Assembly: GCA_002771135.1 (NCBI GenBank) | Contig: PCXO01000004.1 | Span: forward strand, 1-56,410 | Direction: 5' to 3' | DNA length: 56,410 nucleotides | From: Candidatus Yanofskybacteria bacterium CG10_big_fil_rev_8_21_14_0_10_46_23 | GTDB lineage: Bacteria; Patescibacteriota; Minisyncoccia; 2-02-FULL-40-12; IGHO2-12-FULL-4 | Part shown: piece by piece, positions 36,958 to 45,034 of the stretch | How the letters are laid out: each line of letters begins with the position of its first letter | Position numbering within the stretch: the first letter of the stretch is position 1 | Notes under the pieces: model-generated | Seen by the model: the letters and a program-made list of their open reading frames with translations, nothing else | The model's database searches: none | What the model was told of the DNA's origin: nothing | Position numbers and translations under genes: made by a program

Positions 36958-38319
36958 CTAATAACTTATCTCACATTTCTTAAACACTCCGAAAATTGGA
37001 TCGCCAAAGACTCCATTCGAACAAAAGACACTACCGGTAAAGGTTCGGTAGAAATAAGAGTTGTTAGCGCCATATCGAACTTGTCGACTGCCTGAGAAGT
37101 AGCAAGTCTGATTCTCGACGACACAAAAAGTCCAATTCCCCGAGTTGGGTGGGAAATTATTATTGTTATTCCCATTCACCAAGACCGTAACCGCGCCACA
37201 GCTATCGGAAGTCGAACAAACTACGATCACCCCGGCGACTCCAAAACGACCCGTGATAGAGAGCGTGCTCCCGCTAACCGTTGCCTGTAGGGCATTAGGG
37301 TTGGAGTTGTAAGCAAGGTTATAGCTAGAACTTGACCCGCCATAGATCGAGATAACCCGACTCTCACCTGAGTTGATATTGAGACTTGATTGGCTGAACG
37401 TTACGGCTGTCGGAACATAGTTGTTAAAGCCCCCGGAGTTGACGGTAATCGTAGCCGAAGTACACTGGCCACCGTTGCTCTGGCAAACTGTTATCGAGGT
37501 TGTCCCAGAATTCTGGCCGTAAACATTGATTGTGCTGCCGTTAATTGAAGTCGAGGCAATATTTTGATTGCTGTTACTGGAGATATAGTAGTTCCCGGAA
37601 TAGCCAAAATTACCGCCGGAAATACTAATCGTTGCGTTGCTTCCAACATTTAGATTTAGGTTACTTGGGCTCAAATAAATTGAGGCGTTATTATTAAAGC
37701 CATCCACCGTGACATAAATTGTCGCGCAACCACTGCCCCCGGCGTTCACGCCCGAAGAACAAATCTGAACTGAGCCAGAGCCACTGGACTGCCCCCAGAT
37801 TGTTAATGTATTTCCGCCGATGCTGGCCTGAAAAACGCCCAACAGGCTGGGATACAGCGAATAGGGTTGACTGCCCCCGGAAATCGATACGGTCCGAGAT
37901 TGATTTATCCCCAAATTTATTCCCGTCTGACTCAAGGTTATTGTCCCCCCACTGCAATTATTGCCAAAACAATTAGAACTACCCGGCCAAATTACACTCG
38001 GTGAAGTTTGGCCGTTGACGACAACATAAACCGAGGAGCCGGTATTAACCCCCAAGAATGAACTGCTCAAAGAAGTTGAGAGATGGCCGCTTGGCCCGGT
38101 TGTCCCGATTGAACGAGATTGGGAGCCATAATTATAACTCTGGTAGTAAAGCACGACGTTGGCGTAGGCATCCCCCGAAACGTTTACCTGAACCGAGTCT
38201 CCACCCCCGGAGTTTTGAATCGAGAGGCTCGGCGTAATTGCCTGCGCGATTAAAGCCACCCCGAAAAAGCTGAACCCCAAAAGCCCGAAGAACAGGAGCG
38301 TTGCTAGTATTTTATTCAT
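36958..38319 (-). CDS. Secreted Ser/Gly/Asn-rich protein with tandem Ig-like repeats and C-terminal Cys module
   Basis: Signal peptide; three about 80-90 aa repeats (ITLSQ..., IYLSP..., VTFSQ...); terminal WTFC...C...RYGA...C.N.VFGDP...KKC. Confidence 0.85.
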   Translation of the reverse strand: MNKILATLLFFGLLGFSFFGVALIAQAITPSLSIQNSGGGDSVQVNVSGDAYANVVLYYQSYNYGSQSRSIGTTGPSGHLSTSLSSSFLGVNTGSSVYVVVNGQTSPSVIWPGSSNCFGNNCSGGTITLSQTGINLGINQSRTVSISGGSQPYSLYPSLLGVFQASIGGNTLTIWGQSSGSGSVQICSSGVNAGGSGCATIYVTVDGFNNNASIYLSPSNLNLNVGSNATISISGGNFGYSGNYYISSNSNQNIASTSINGSTINVYGQNSGTTSITVCQSNGGQCTSATITVNSGGFNNYVPTAVTFSQSSLNINSGESRVISIYGGSSSSYNLAYNSNPNALQATVSGSTLSITGRFGVAGVIVVCSTSDSCGAVTVLVNGNNNNNFPPNSGNWTFCVVENQTCYFSGSRQVRYGANNSYFYRTFTGSVFCSNGVFGDPIFGVFKKCEISY

Positions 38320-38383
38320 ATTTTATTTACTTACTTTTACCCCCCTATCCTTGCAAATCCTCGGACTTCTGTAAACATTCAAC

Positions 38384-38404
38384 AAAAAACCCGCCGAAAG
38401 CGGG
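38384..38404 (-). terminator. Intrinsic terminator
   Basis: CCCGC-tttcg-GCGGG plus T6. Confidence 0.6.
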
Positions 38405-38437
38405 CTAAATAAAAATTGCTCTTCGAAACAAGCCCCC

Positions 38438-38684
38438 CTATGGAAGGACCAGGGCAGCCAAGGCTAAATCAAGACTAAATTGCTTAATCGGGGAAATCGA
38501 GATAGCCTTAGACCCAATTCCGATTTCGGGAGGAGTTCTCGAAAGCCTAATTTTGTGGAGGGGAATTCCGGCCTTAACAAAACAATATATGACATCTTCT
38601 CGGGCCCTTTCCTTGTCCTCGGCTTCAACAAACCCGAGAGTATAGGCCCCCCATCGGAGATACCACCGTTACAATAAAAAACAT
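38438..38684 (-). pseudogene. Probable single-base frameshifted small ORF
   Basis: AAGGAGG-N7-ATG gives only 19 codons. Removing one base near codon 6 gives an 81-aa frame (MFFIVRWYLRWGAYTLGFVEAEDKERARED...LVLP); span is 247 nt = 3n+1. Confidence 0.35.
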
Positions 38685-38722
38685 CTCGTTGCCTCCTTAA
38701 GTTGCGGGCTCCTACTGAACCC

Positions 38723-39085
38723 TCAACCCAACCTGAACCTTATACTATTAAACCTCGCGTAGTAATCCTCCGGACTCAAATGGGGATCAAGCCCATTTAA
38801 TTCCGATCGCCCGTCACAATCCGGGCAGATATCTTCTTTAAGGTTCGCCAGTGTTGTGGCCGCAGTGCACATCTTGCACCGCTTTGCCGCTCGGCTCAAA
38901 AGCAGGGCCTTGTCATCGCGAAAAGTATTCCCGCCGAAAGTTGATTCGGCGTACTTCGAAGACGGCCGGTATGGGAAAACTGCCCGGGCCTGCTCCCTTG
39001 TCATTGGCTGAACGACGACTTTCAGCTTTTCGCCGTGATCTGACACAAACTCGCCCAAAAACTCAGCTGGATCTATTTCCTTCAT
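38723..39085 (-). CDS. Hypothetical protein with C-terminal Zn-finger (120 aa)
   Basis: CKMC...CPDCDG; ATG after GAGGAG. Confidence 0.75.
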   Translation of the reverse strand: MKEIDPAEFLGEFVSDHGEKLKVVVQPMTREQARAVFPYRPSSKYAESTFGGNTFRDDKALLLSRAAKRCKMCTAATTLANLKEDICPDCDGRSELNGLDPHLSPEDYYARFNSIRFRLG

Positions 39086-39137
39086 TACCTTTTCTCCTCT
39101 TGGAAACCGATCATGATCCCTTCAAAGTGCTGGCCGT

Positions 39138-39166
39138 AAAATAGATTAAAAACTACCTCTCGTCAA
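39138..39166 (-). promoter_or_regulatory. Sigma70-type promoter of the 38723 ORF
   Basis: TTGACG-N17-TATTTT. Confidence 0.5.
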
Positions 39167-39198
39167 CTACACCATATTAAGAATTTTAAGAACTCGCC

Positions 39199-39774
39199 CT
39201 AAATCATCTTCATTTTTTGAACTTCAATATAGGGAAACCCGTATTTCTCAACCTCTGATTTTAGTTTGTGGCTAAAAAGAGTCGCCCACTCTACTTCTTT
39301 CTCCTTCAAATCATCCGGGTAGGTACCCGCATCATCCCAAAGGCCTCTGGTATATATTACCTCTTTCATCCGGTCTGCGTCTTCATCCACCAAAAAAATG
39401 GCCTTAATTTCTTTGTCGTCTTTAAAATCTCTCGCAACTAAATGCGGGAGAATATTTACTCCTTCGATAATAGAGCCCTTCCCCCAAGTATAATCATCTT
39501 CTATAAACTTCCTGATTCCAACCCAAGTCTCCTCTCCTTGCTCCATCTCCATATTGGCTATCTCCTCAGCAGAAAATTCCGTTAAAAATCTCCGGGCGTC
39601 ATAACCCTCCGGATTAAACAATTTGGGAAATTTATCTCTATCCACAACCGCTCTCATCAACTCCCTTATTTGATCCGTCGATATCCAGGGCAGGCTTAGA
39701 CGCTCGGACATTAAACTGGCCAAAGTTGACTTCCCGGTAGTCGGCGCCCCGCCAATTAGTATTACTTTTCTCAT
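39199..39774 (-). CDS. P-loop kinase (2-phosphoglycerate kinase/AAA_33-like)
   Basis: GGAPTTGKS Walker A, STDQIRE, IIEG. Confidence 0.8.
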   Translation of the reverse strand: MRKVILIGGAPTTGKSTLASLMSERLSLPWISTDQIRELMRAVVDRDKFPKLFNPEGYDARRFLTEFSAEEIANMEMEQGEETWVGIRKFIEDDYTWGKGSIIEGVNILPHLVARDFKDDKEIKAIFLVDEDADRMKEVIYTRGLWDDAGTYPDDLKEKEVEWATLFSHKLKSEVEKYGFPYIEVQKMKMI

Positions 39775-39806
39775 TAAAATAACCCTATCAAAAATCTGCG
39801 AGAAAC

Positions 39807-39826
39807 AAAAAGCCCCGTCGTGGGGC
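39807..39826 (-). terminator. Intrinsic terminator
   Basis: AGCCCC-5nt-GGGGCT plus T-run. Confidence 0.6.
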
Positions 39827-39837
39827 TCAATCTTATA

Positions 39838-40065
39838 TTAGATCCGTTTCCGGACGGTTTCTTCCATCTCAACCCGGCACCCCCCAAGGGAAGCTCCGGC
39901 CTTGATTCCCTTAACAAAAGCCTCTAGCAATTCCTTTGAGCCAAGGGACTCCTTCCAGAGTCCTTGTTCATCGGAAACTTCGATATTAAAGACCTCAATG
40001 GGCGGGTCCAAAGCAAGGTGATAGCACCTTATCCTCACTTTGATCTCTTTTAGGTTTTTTGCCAT
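39838..40065 (-). CDS. Hypothetical protein (75 aa)
   Basis: ATG after AAAGGTAGG; own promoter and terminator. Confidence 0.7.
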   Translation of the reverse strand: MAKNLKEIKVRIRCYHLALDPPIEVFNIEVSDEQGLWKESLGSKELLEAFVKGIKAGASLGGCRVEMEETVRKRI

Positions 40066-40095
40066 CTGTGCCTACCTTTCAAATTTACTGCCCGT

Positions 40096-40124
40096 ACTAT
40101 ATGGCCGAAATCAGCCTTAGTCAA
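40096..40124 (-). promoter_or_regulatory. Sigma70-type promoter of the 39838 ORF
   Basis: TTGACT-N17-TATAGT. Confidence 0.65.
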
Positions 40125-40202
40125 GGAATGGCTCCAAAAAACAAAAAGTTATTTAGTCTACTTATAAAACCGCCCTTCTGAAAAATGATAACCGCCTCTC
40201 TC

Positions 40203-40760
40203 CTAAATGCTAACCTTCTGGAGATGCAATAAATACTCCTTATTTTTACCCTTACCCCCCAACACCGGCGACAAAGTTTCACCAACGACTTCAACCCCCA
40301 GTCCACTCAATTTGTCTTTTACATTGCTGAGCACTTCGGAGATAAACTCCTCTGAGAGCTTGCCCTTGCGCAACATTTTGGGGTCAGCTTCATAGTGCGG
40401 TTTCACCAGAGCAATAATTTGGCCTTTTTCTTTAAGACTCTTTCGAGCATTGGGTATTATGTTTTCTAATTTGGTCCAGCTCGTGTCTATAGTTATCAAA
40501 TCCACTTTTTCCGGAAGTTCCACGTGCATAGCATTTTTTCTTTCCATAGCCACCACCCGGTTGTCATTCCGAAGCTTCCAATCAAGGACCCCATAGCCGG
40601 TTTCAACCGCGTAAACTTTCGTTGCCCCAGATTGCAAAAGACAATCAACAAATCCGCCCGTGCTTGAGCCGAAATCGGCACAAACTAAGCCAGTGACCCT
40701 CACGTTAAAAGTTTTAAGGGCCCACTCCAACTTTTCTCCCGCTCGTGAAGCGTAAGCCAT
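40203..40760 (-). CDS. tlyA: TlyA-family rRNA 2'-O-methyltransferase (FtsJ domain only, no S4 domain)
   Basis: YASRAGEKL, DFGSSTGGFVDCLL, LVKPHYE, GKGKNKEYL. Confidence 0.88.
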   Translation of the reverse strand: MAYASRAGEKLEWALKTFNVRVTGLVCADFGSSTGGFVDCLLQSGATKVYAVETGYGVLDWKLRNDNRVVAMERKNAMHVELPEKVDLITIDTSWTKLENIIPNARKSLKEKGQIIALVKPHYEADPKMLRKGKLSEEFISEVLSNVKDKLSGLGVEVVGETLSPVLGGKGKNKEYLLHLQKVSI

Positions 40761-40892
40761 AAGCTAATTTAATCAAAGTTCCGTTCTACCGTCTATATCG
40801 AGTCCAAACGAAAGCCCCATCAGAGACGAGGCTCCGTGGAGCTTGTTACTGTTTTCTCCTTATATCTCGCAAAACGTTTAGAACTTTTAAAA

Positions 40893-41093
40893 CTAAGACT
40901 TGCCGTTTAAATACTTGCTGGCAACGCTCAGGGCGAATGACGTCAAGATAACAATAACGGATGTGAATAGGAGTTTTAGTAAAATGACGTTTGGGCCATC
41001 ACTTGTTGGAGAGGTTGTCAAAACCATCAGCATCCCGATGATGCCAAAGGCGACGGAGGCCCAGACGAATACTTTCGTGGCTATTTTTTGCAT
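40893..41093 (-). CDS. Small two-TM hypothetical protein
   Basis: 66 aa with two hydrophobic helices. Confidence 0.7.
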   Translation of the reverse strand: MQKIATKVFVWASVAFGIIGMLMVLTTSPTSDGPNVILLKLLFTSVIVILTSFALSVASKYLNGKS

Positions 41094-41137
41094 AATATAA
41101 GCATATCAATTAAAGTATCTCCTGCAAATCATGCTCA

Positions 41138-41323
41138 CTAGTTTTGCGGGTGCCGTTCAAGAAAGTCTGCAATCATCGCTTTTTGTTCCTCTTTAAACCC
41201 GGGCAGATTTTGCTCCTCGATAAATCTTCGCAAAAATCCGACCTCTGCTCTAAGTGCCATGAGTATCCCTCGCTCCTCCCCAAATCGGTTAATAAGTTCT
41301 TTTATAAATTCTTGATAGGTCAT
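41138..41323 (-). CDS. Hypothetical protein (61 aa)
   Basis: ATG ORF filling the gap; amphipathic helical composition. Confidence 0.6.
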   Translation of the reverse strand: MTYQEFIKELINRFGEERGILMALRAEVGFLRRFIEEQNLPGFKEEQKAMIADFLERHPQN

Positions 41324-41441
41324 GATGTAAATATACTAGAAATTCCGCTTAGCCCAAAAAACCCCTGATCAACTTGCCCAGATAATTGAGACTTGTTAAA
41401 ATAAAGAGGAAAAATAAATATATAAATAACCTAGTTAATTT

Positions 41442-42173
41442 ATGAAAAAAATTCTTAGTTCCGTCGTAATTTTTTCGTTTTTCGCTTTCGCTTTGACCGC
41501 AGTTGCCGTTTCTGATCCTATGCTTTACGGTGGAGCGTTCAATGACACGGGCGTGGTGGTTCTGCCCTCGGATCTTTCTGATAGTAGTCCGGACAATGAT
41601 TTCAGCGGGATAAATTGGACAGATATTGGCCTTAACTTTGAGGAGCTGACTTATCTTGGCACTGATTATAATATAACCGATGATGATTGCGCGGGCGGGG
41701 CCCCTCGATTTCAGATAAAAGTTAACAATAAGAATGTGTTCGTCTACATTGGGCCTCACCCAAATTTCACCGGCTGTACCGCAGGGTGGCAAAGTACCGG
41801 TAATTTGATTGCTTCACCAGACGCACGATTTGATTTAACCCAGTTGGGCGGAGCGTTCTACAGCACTCATGCAGACGCCTTGGCCCTTCTCTCTGGACAA
41901 GCCGTTCAAAGCATTCAACTGACCGCGGACGCAGGATGGGCTTTTGCTGATCAAGAGCAAACAATTTGGGTAAATAATGTGATGATTAATGATACGCAAT
42001 TTGATTTCACTCTCATTGGGCCACCGGTGAACGTGAACGACTGCAAGAAAGACGGCTGGATGATGTTTAACAACCCAAGCTTCGATAACCAGGGTAAGTG
42101 TATTTCTTACGTCATTAAAAATAAAGTTAATCAGAGAATTCAGGATATTTTCAACAAAATATTCGAGCTTTAA
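41442..42173 (+). CDS. Secreted hypothetical protein with two Cys pairs
   Basis: Signal peptide; C-terminal PVNVNDCKKDGW...FDNQGKCISYV module; followed by a terminator. Confidence 0.82.
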   Translation: MKKILSSVVIFSFFAFALTAVAVSDPMLYGGAFNDTGVVVLPSDLSDSSPDNDFSGINWTDIGLNFEELTYLGTDYNITDDDCAGGAPRFQIKVNNKNVFVYIGPHPNFTGCTAGWQSTGNLIASPDARFDLTQLGGAFYSTHADALALLSGQAVQSIQLTADAGWAFADQEQTIWVNNVMINDTQFDFTLIGPPVNVNDCKKDGWMMFNNPSFDNQGKCISYVIKNKVNQRIQDIFNKIFEL

Positions 42174-42185
42174 TTCTAGCCTAAA

Positions 42186-42221
42186 ATCTAAAAACCCGCC
42201 TAAAAAGGCGGGTTTTTAGAT
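42186..42221. terminator. Bidirectional terminator between convergent genes
   Basis: 15-bp inverted repeat ATCTAAAAACCCGCC-taaaaa-GGCGGGTTTTTAGAT. Confidence 0.85.
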
Positions 42222-42240
42222 GGAGAAAATTTTTTTATCA

Positions 42241-42624
42241 TCAAAGTTTGGCGTCCAAAAATTCCTTAAGGGCAACTAGATCTTTTTTGTCATAGTCAAA
42301 GGAATAGGAGTTTATTCCAACAGATTGAGCACTTTTAACCGCTTCGGGATTGTGTTCAAAATACACCACATCTTCTGCCGGGAGATTAAAGTGCTCTAAC
42401 ATTTTCTTGTAGTATTCGGGGTTCGTTTTTTCAGGGTCATGTTTGAGCGTAAAAACCTCATACGGCATTTTATCTAGCCCAAACTTTTTGAATTGTTGAT
42501 CATTCGCCCCAGTAAGAATTATTTTCCTGCTTGGGTAAGTCTCAAGGAGCTCGTGCATCTCTTTGTAAATCTCTCCTGGACCAGAGACAAAGCAGTTCAC
42601 GGCGTCAACGAGTATAGTTTTCAT
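42241..42624 (-). CDS. HAD-like hydrolase (degenerate motif I)
   Basis: ILVDAVN, LTGAN, KHDPEKTNPEYY, VVYFEH...AQSVGI. Confidence 0.7.
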   Translation of the reverse strand: MKTILVDAVNCFVSGPGEIYKEMHELLETYPSRKIILTGANDQQFKKFGLDKMPYEVFTLKHDPEKTNPEYYKKMLEHFNLPAEDVVYFEHNPEAVKSAQSVGINSYSFDYDKKDLVALKEFLDAKL

Positions 42625-43013
42625 ATTAATTTTATAAGTTCTCTTAAATGGTTCGGATTATTTATCAAGTCTACCAATACTAAACTATCGGACTTATCGT
42701 GCTGAGCTAGAACTTCCTTCTCAAATTCAAACGGAGCATCCTCAAACCAAAGAAAATCAGATTCATAATCAAAGATTTCGGTTTTTTTGTGTGACCACTC
42801 GATTGCCTTAATAAGTTTACAGTATTCAATCGCCTCAACGGGTAGTATTCCTTTAATATAATCCATGACTGGAACGGTGTCTCCCTTACAATGAGTAGTT
42901 GCCCAATGACAATCGTGGTTTTCGGTAGCTTTTTTGAGAAACTCAACGACATAAGGAGCAGGTTTTCTACCCCTTCCCACAAGAACCCCGTCTATATCAA
43001 GATAGATTTTCAT
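42621..43013 (-). CDS. HAD-domain protein (HAD_SAK/Swiss-army-knife RNA-repair-like)
   Basis: IYLDIDGVL, WATTH, LWFEDAP; ATG 43013. Confidence 0.72.
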   Translation of the reverse strand: MKIYLDIDGVLVGRGRKPAPYVVEFLKKATENHDCHWATTHCKGDTVPVMDYIKGILPVEAIEYCKLIKAIEWSHKKTEIFDYESDFLWFEDAPFEFEKEVLAQHDKSDSLVLVDLINNPNHLRELIKLI

Positions 43014-43061
43014 GTTAACTGCCAAAACTGGAGCCAAAAAATGAGTTCGTATCTAGTTTCT

Positions 43062-43136
43062 TGGCTCCGCGGGTAGGACTCGAACCTACAACCATCGCCT
43101 TAACAGGGCGCCGCTCTACCATTGAGCTACCGCGGA
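43062..43136 (-). tRNA. tRNA-Asn (GTT)
   Basis: TCCGCGG acceptor stem, AGCTCAATGGTAGAGC D-arm, CTGTTAA anticodon loop, GGTTCGAGTCC T-arm, encoded CCA. Confidence 0.97.
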
Positions 43137-43140
43137 ATCT

Positions 43141-43165
43141 TCCTTCGCGTAAAGCTACGGAAGGA
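43141..43165. repeat. Hairpin immediately upstream of tRNA-Asn
   Basis: TCCTTC-g-CGTA-aagc-TACG-GAAGGA. Confidence 0.6.
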
Positions 43166-43193
43166 TAAATAATCAATTTTTAACCTAAATACT

Positions 43194-43769
43194 TTAACCC
43201 GTTTGGCCCGAGATTGCAACCGCATTTTTCCCTAATTTTGTCTTGGCATAATACATCGCCTCATCCGCTCGCTTAATCCCTTGGGCCAATTCTTCGTCAC
43301 CGACAATAACGGCCCCGCCGATGCTAGCCGTTACACTTATCGCCTGACTCGCAAAGACAACCGGAGCGATTTCTAAACCCCGTCGCACTTTCTCGCCAAC
43401 TATTTTTAAGCCCACTTGATCCGTGTCGGGCAAAAGGATTATAAATTCCTCTCCACCCCAACGGCCGACCAAATCACTTTGTCGAACATTGGCTTCAAGA
43501 CGCTTAGCCGCCTCCTCCAAAACTCGATCCCCCGCTTCATGGCCGTAAGTATCATTAATTGATTTGAAATTATCCAAATCCAAAAATAAAACCGCCAAGT
43601 GGACTCGCCCCGCTTCATCTAAGTTTCTTTGTCGTCGAATTGAGCCCGCCAAAACTTTGTCTCCAACTATCTCTAGCCCCCGGCGATTTAGAACCTGAGT
43701 TAAGCCATCCACAAAAGAGAGGCGTTCGAGATCTTTTATTTTTTGTTCTAACTCTTTTTCTCGATCCAT
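43194..43769 (-). CDS. Stand-alone GGDEF diguanylate cyclase
   Basis: DGLTQVLNRR, DLDNFKSINDTYGHEAGD, RQSD I-site five residues before GGEEF, ADEAMYYAK. Confidence 0.93.
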   Translation of the reverse strand: MDREKELEQKIKDLERLSFVDGLTQVLNRRGLEIVGDKVLAGSIRRQRNLDEAGRVHLAVLFLDLDNFKSINDTYGHEAGDRVLEEAAKRLEANVRQSDLVGRWGGEEFIILLPDTDQVGLKIVGEKVRRGLEIAPVVFASQAISVTASIGGAVIVGDEELAQGIKRADEAMYYAKTKLGKNAVAISGQTG

Positions 43770-43772
43770 GGA

Positions 43773-45002
43773 TTAATAGTCCACCAGCTTATCAACTTTA
43801 TGATGTTGGCGAATTTTTTCCAGAGCCTTGGCCTCAATCTGTCGAATCCGCTCTCGCGTCACCCCAAAAATTTTCCCCACCTCCTCCAAAGTATGCTGGA
43901 CACCATCCATCAGGCCAAACCGCATCTCTAAAATCTTCTTTTCCCGCTCGGTCAAGTCACTAATAATCTCATCGAGGTGATCCTTCAAAATCTTTCGCGC
44001 GGCCGAGGTAGCCGGAGCAATGGTGTCTTCATCAGCGATAAAGTCCGCTAGGGTGCTATCGTCACTGTCTTCGCCAACCGGCGCATCCAAGGGTACGGTG
44101 TCCTGGGAGATTTTAATGATGTGACGAATTCGATCAACATCAACATTCATCTCCATAGCCACTTCTTCGGGCAAAGGCTCTCGCCCCAAATCTTGAACAA
44201 GGCGCCGAACAATTTGCTGATATTTATTAATTGTCTCAACCATATGAACCGGGATCCGAATCGTTCGAGCCTGATCCGCCAAAGCTCGGGTGATGGCTTG
44301 GCGGATCCACCAAGTCGCATAGGTTGAGAACTTATACCCCTTATGATAGTCAAATTTTTCCACCGCTCGATGCAAGCCAACATTTCCTTCTTGGATCAGA
44401 TCTAAAAGGGTTAGGTTGGCGGAACGGCCAATATATTTTTTGGCGATAGAAACCACTAATCGAAGATTCGAGACCATCAGTTGTTGCCGAGCGGCTTCAT
44501 CCCCCAACTCAATCCGTTTAGCAATTTCAACCTCTTGCTCCGCCGTTAGGAGCGGGTACTGGCCGATCTCGCGCAGATACATCTGAACGCTATCCGTTGA
44601 GATATCGCCCATTTCCTTTTCCAGTTTCTTTCTTTTTTCAAAATCTTTGGTTTGTTCCGGCTCAAAAAGCTTGCTTCCTTCCATTACCTTGATATTAGCC
44701 CCTTCAAGATCACGATAAAGCTTCTCGAGACCATCAAGATCATTCTCAATTTGAGGAAAAGTATGGAGAATCTCCGATTCGGTAACAAAGCCGCGTTGCC
44801 GACCCTTTTGAATCAATTTAATCGTTTTCTCATCGGTGACGATCGGGCGTCTTTTACGAGTAGTTTTTTTCTTGAGAGCCCCCTTCTTCCCGGTTACTTT
44901 CGACTTAGCTTTCGACGATTTTTTTATCACCTTTTTAGATTTTGTCTCGGGGGTCTTTGAAGCGACCCTCTTCTTAAGAGTTTTCTTTTTAGAGGAAGTC
45001 AT
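43773..45002 (-). CDS. rpoD: Primary sigma factor RpoD/SigA
   Basis: [57 protein letters not shown]. Confidence 0.97.
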   Translation of the reverse strand: MTSSKKKTLKKRVASKTPETKSKKVIKKSSKAKSKVTGKKGALKKKTTRKRRPIVTDEKTIKLIQKGRQRGFVTESEILHTFPQIENDLDGLEKLYRDLEGANIKVMEGSKLFEPEQTKDFEKRKKLEKEMGDISTDSVQMYLREIGQYPLLTAEQEVEIAKRIELGDEAARQQLMVSNLRLVVSIAKKYIGRSANLTLLDLIQEGNVGLHRAVEKFDYHKGYKFSTYATWWIRQAITRALADQARTIRIPVHMVETINKYQQIVRRLVQDLGREPLPEEVAMEMNVDVDRIRHIIKISQDTVPLDAPVGEDSDDSTLADFIADEDTIAPATSAARKILKDHLDEIISDLTEREKKILEMRFGLMDGVQHTLEEVGKIFGVTRERIRQIEAKALEKIRQHHKVDKLVDY

Positions 45003-45034
45003 AAATTAGGTCGCCAATTTCCAAATTGGCGTTG

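Noticed and set aside
43029-43069. attL/attR duplication of the tRNA 3' end marking an integrated element
   Set aside because: The copy is inverted rather than direct, and there is no integrase in the window
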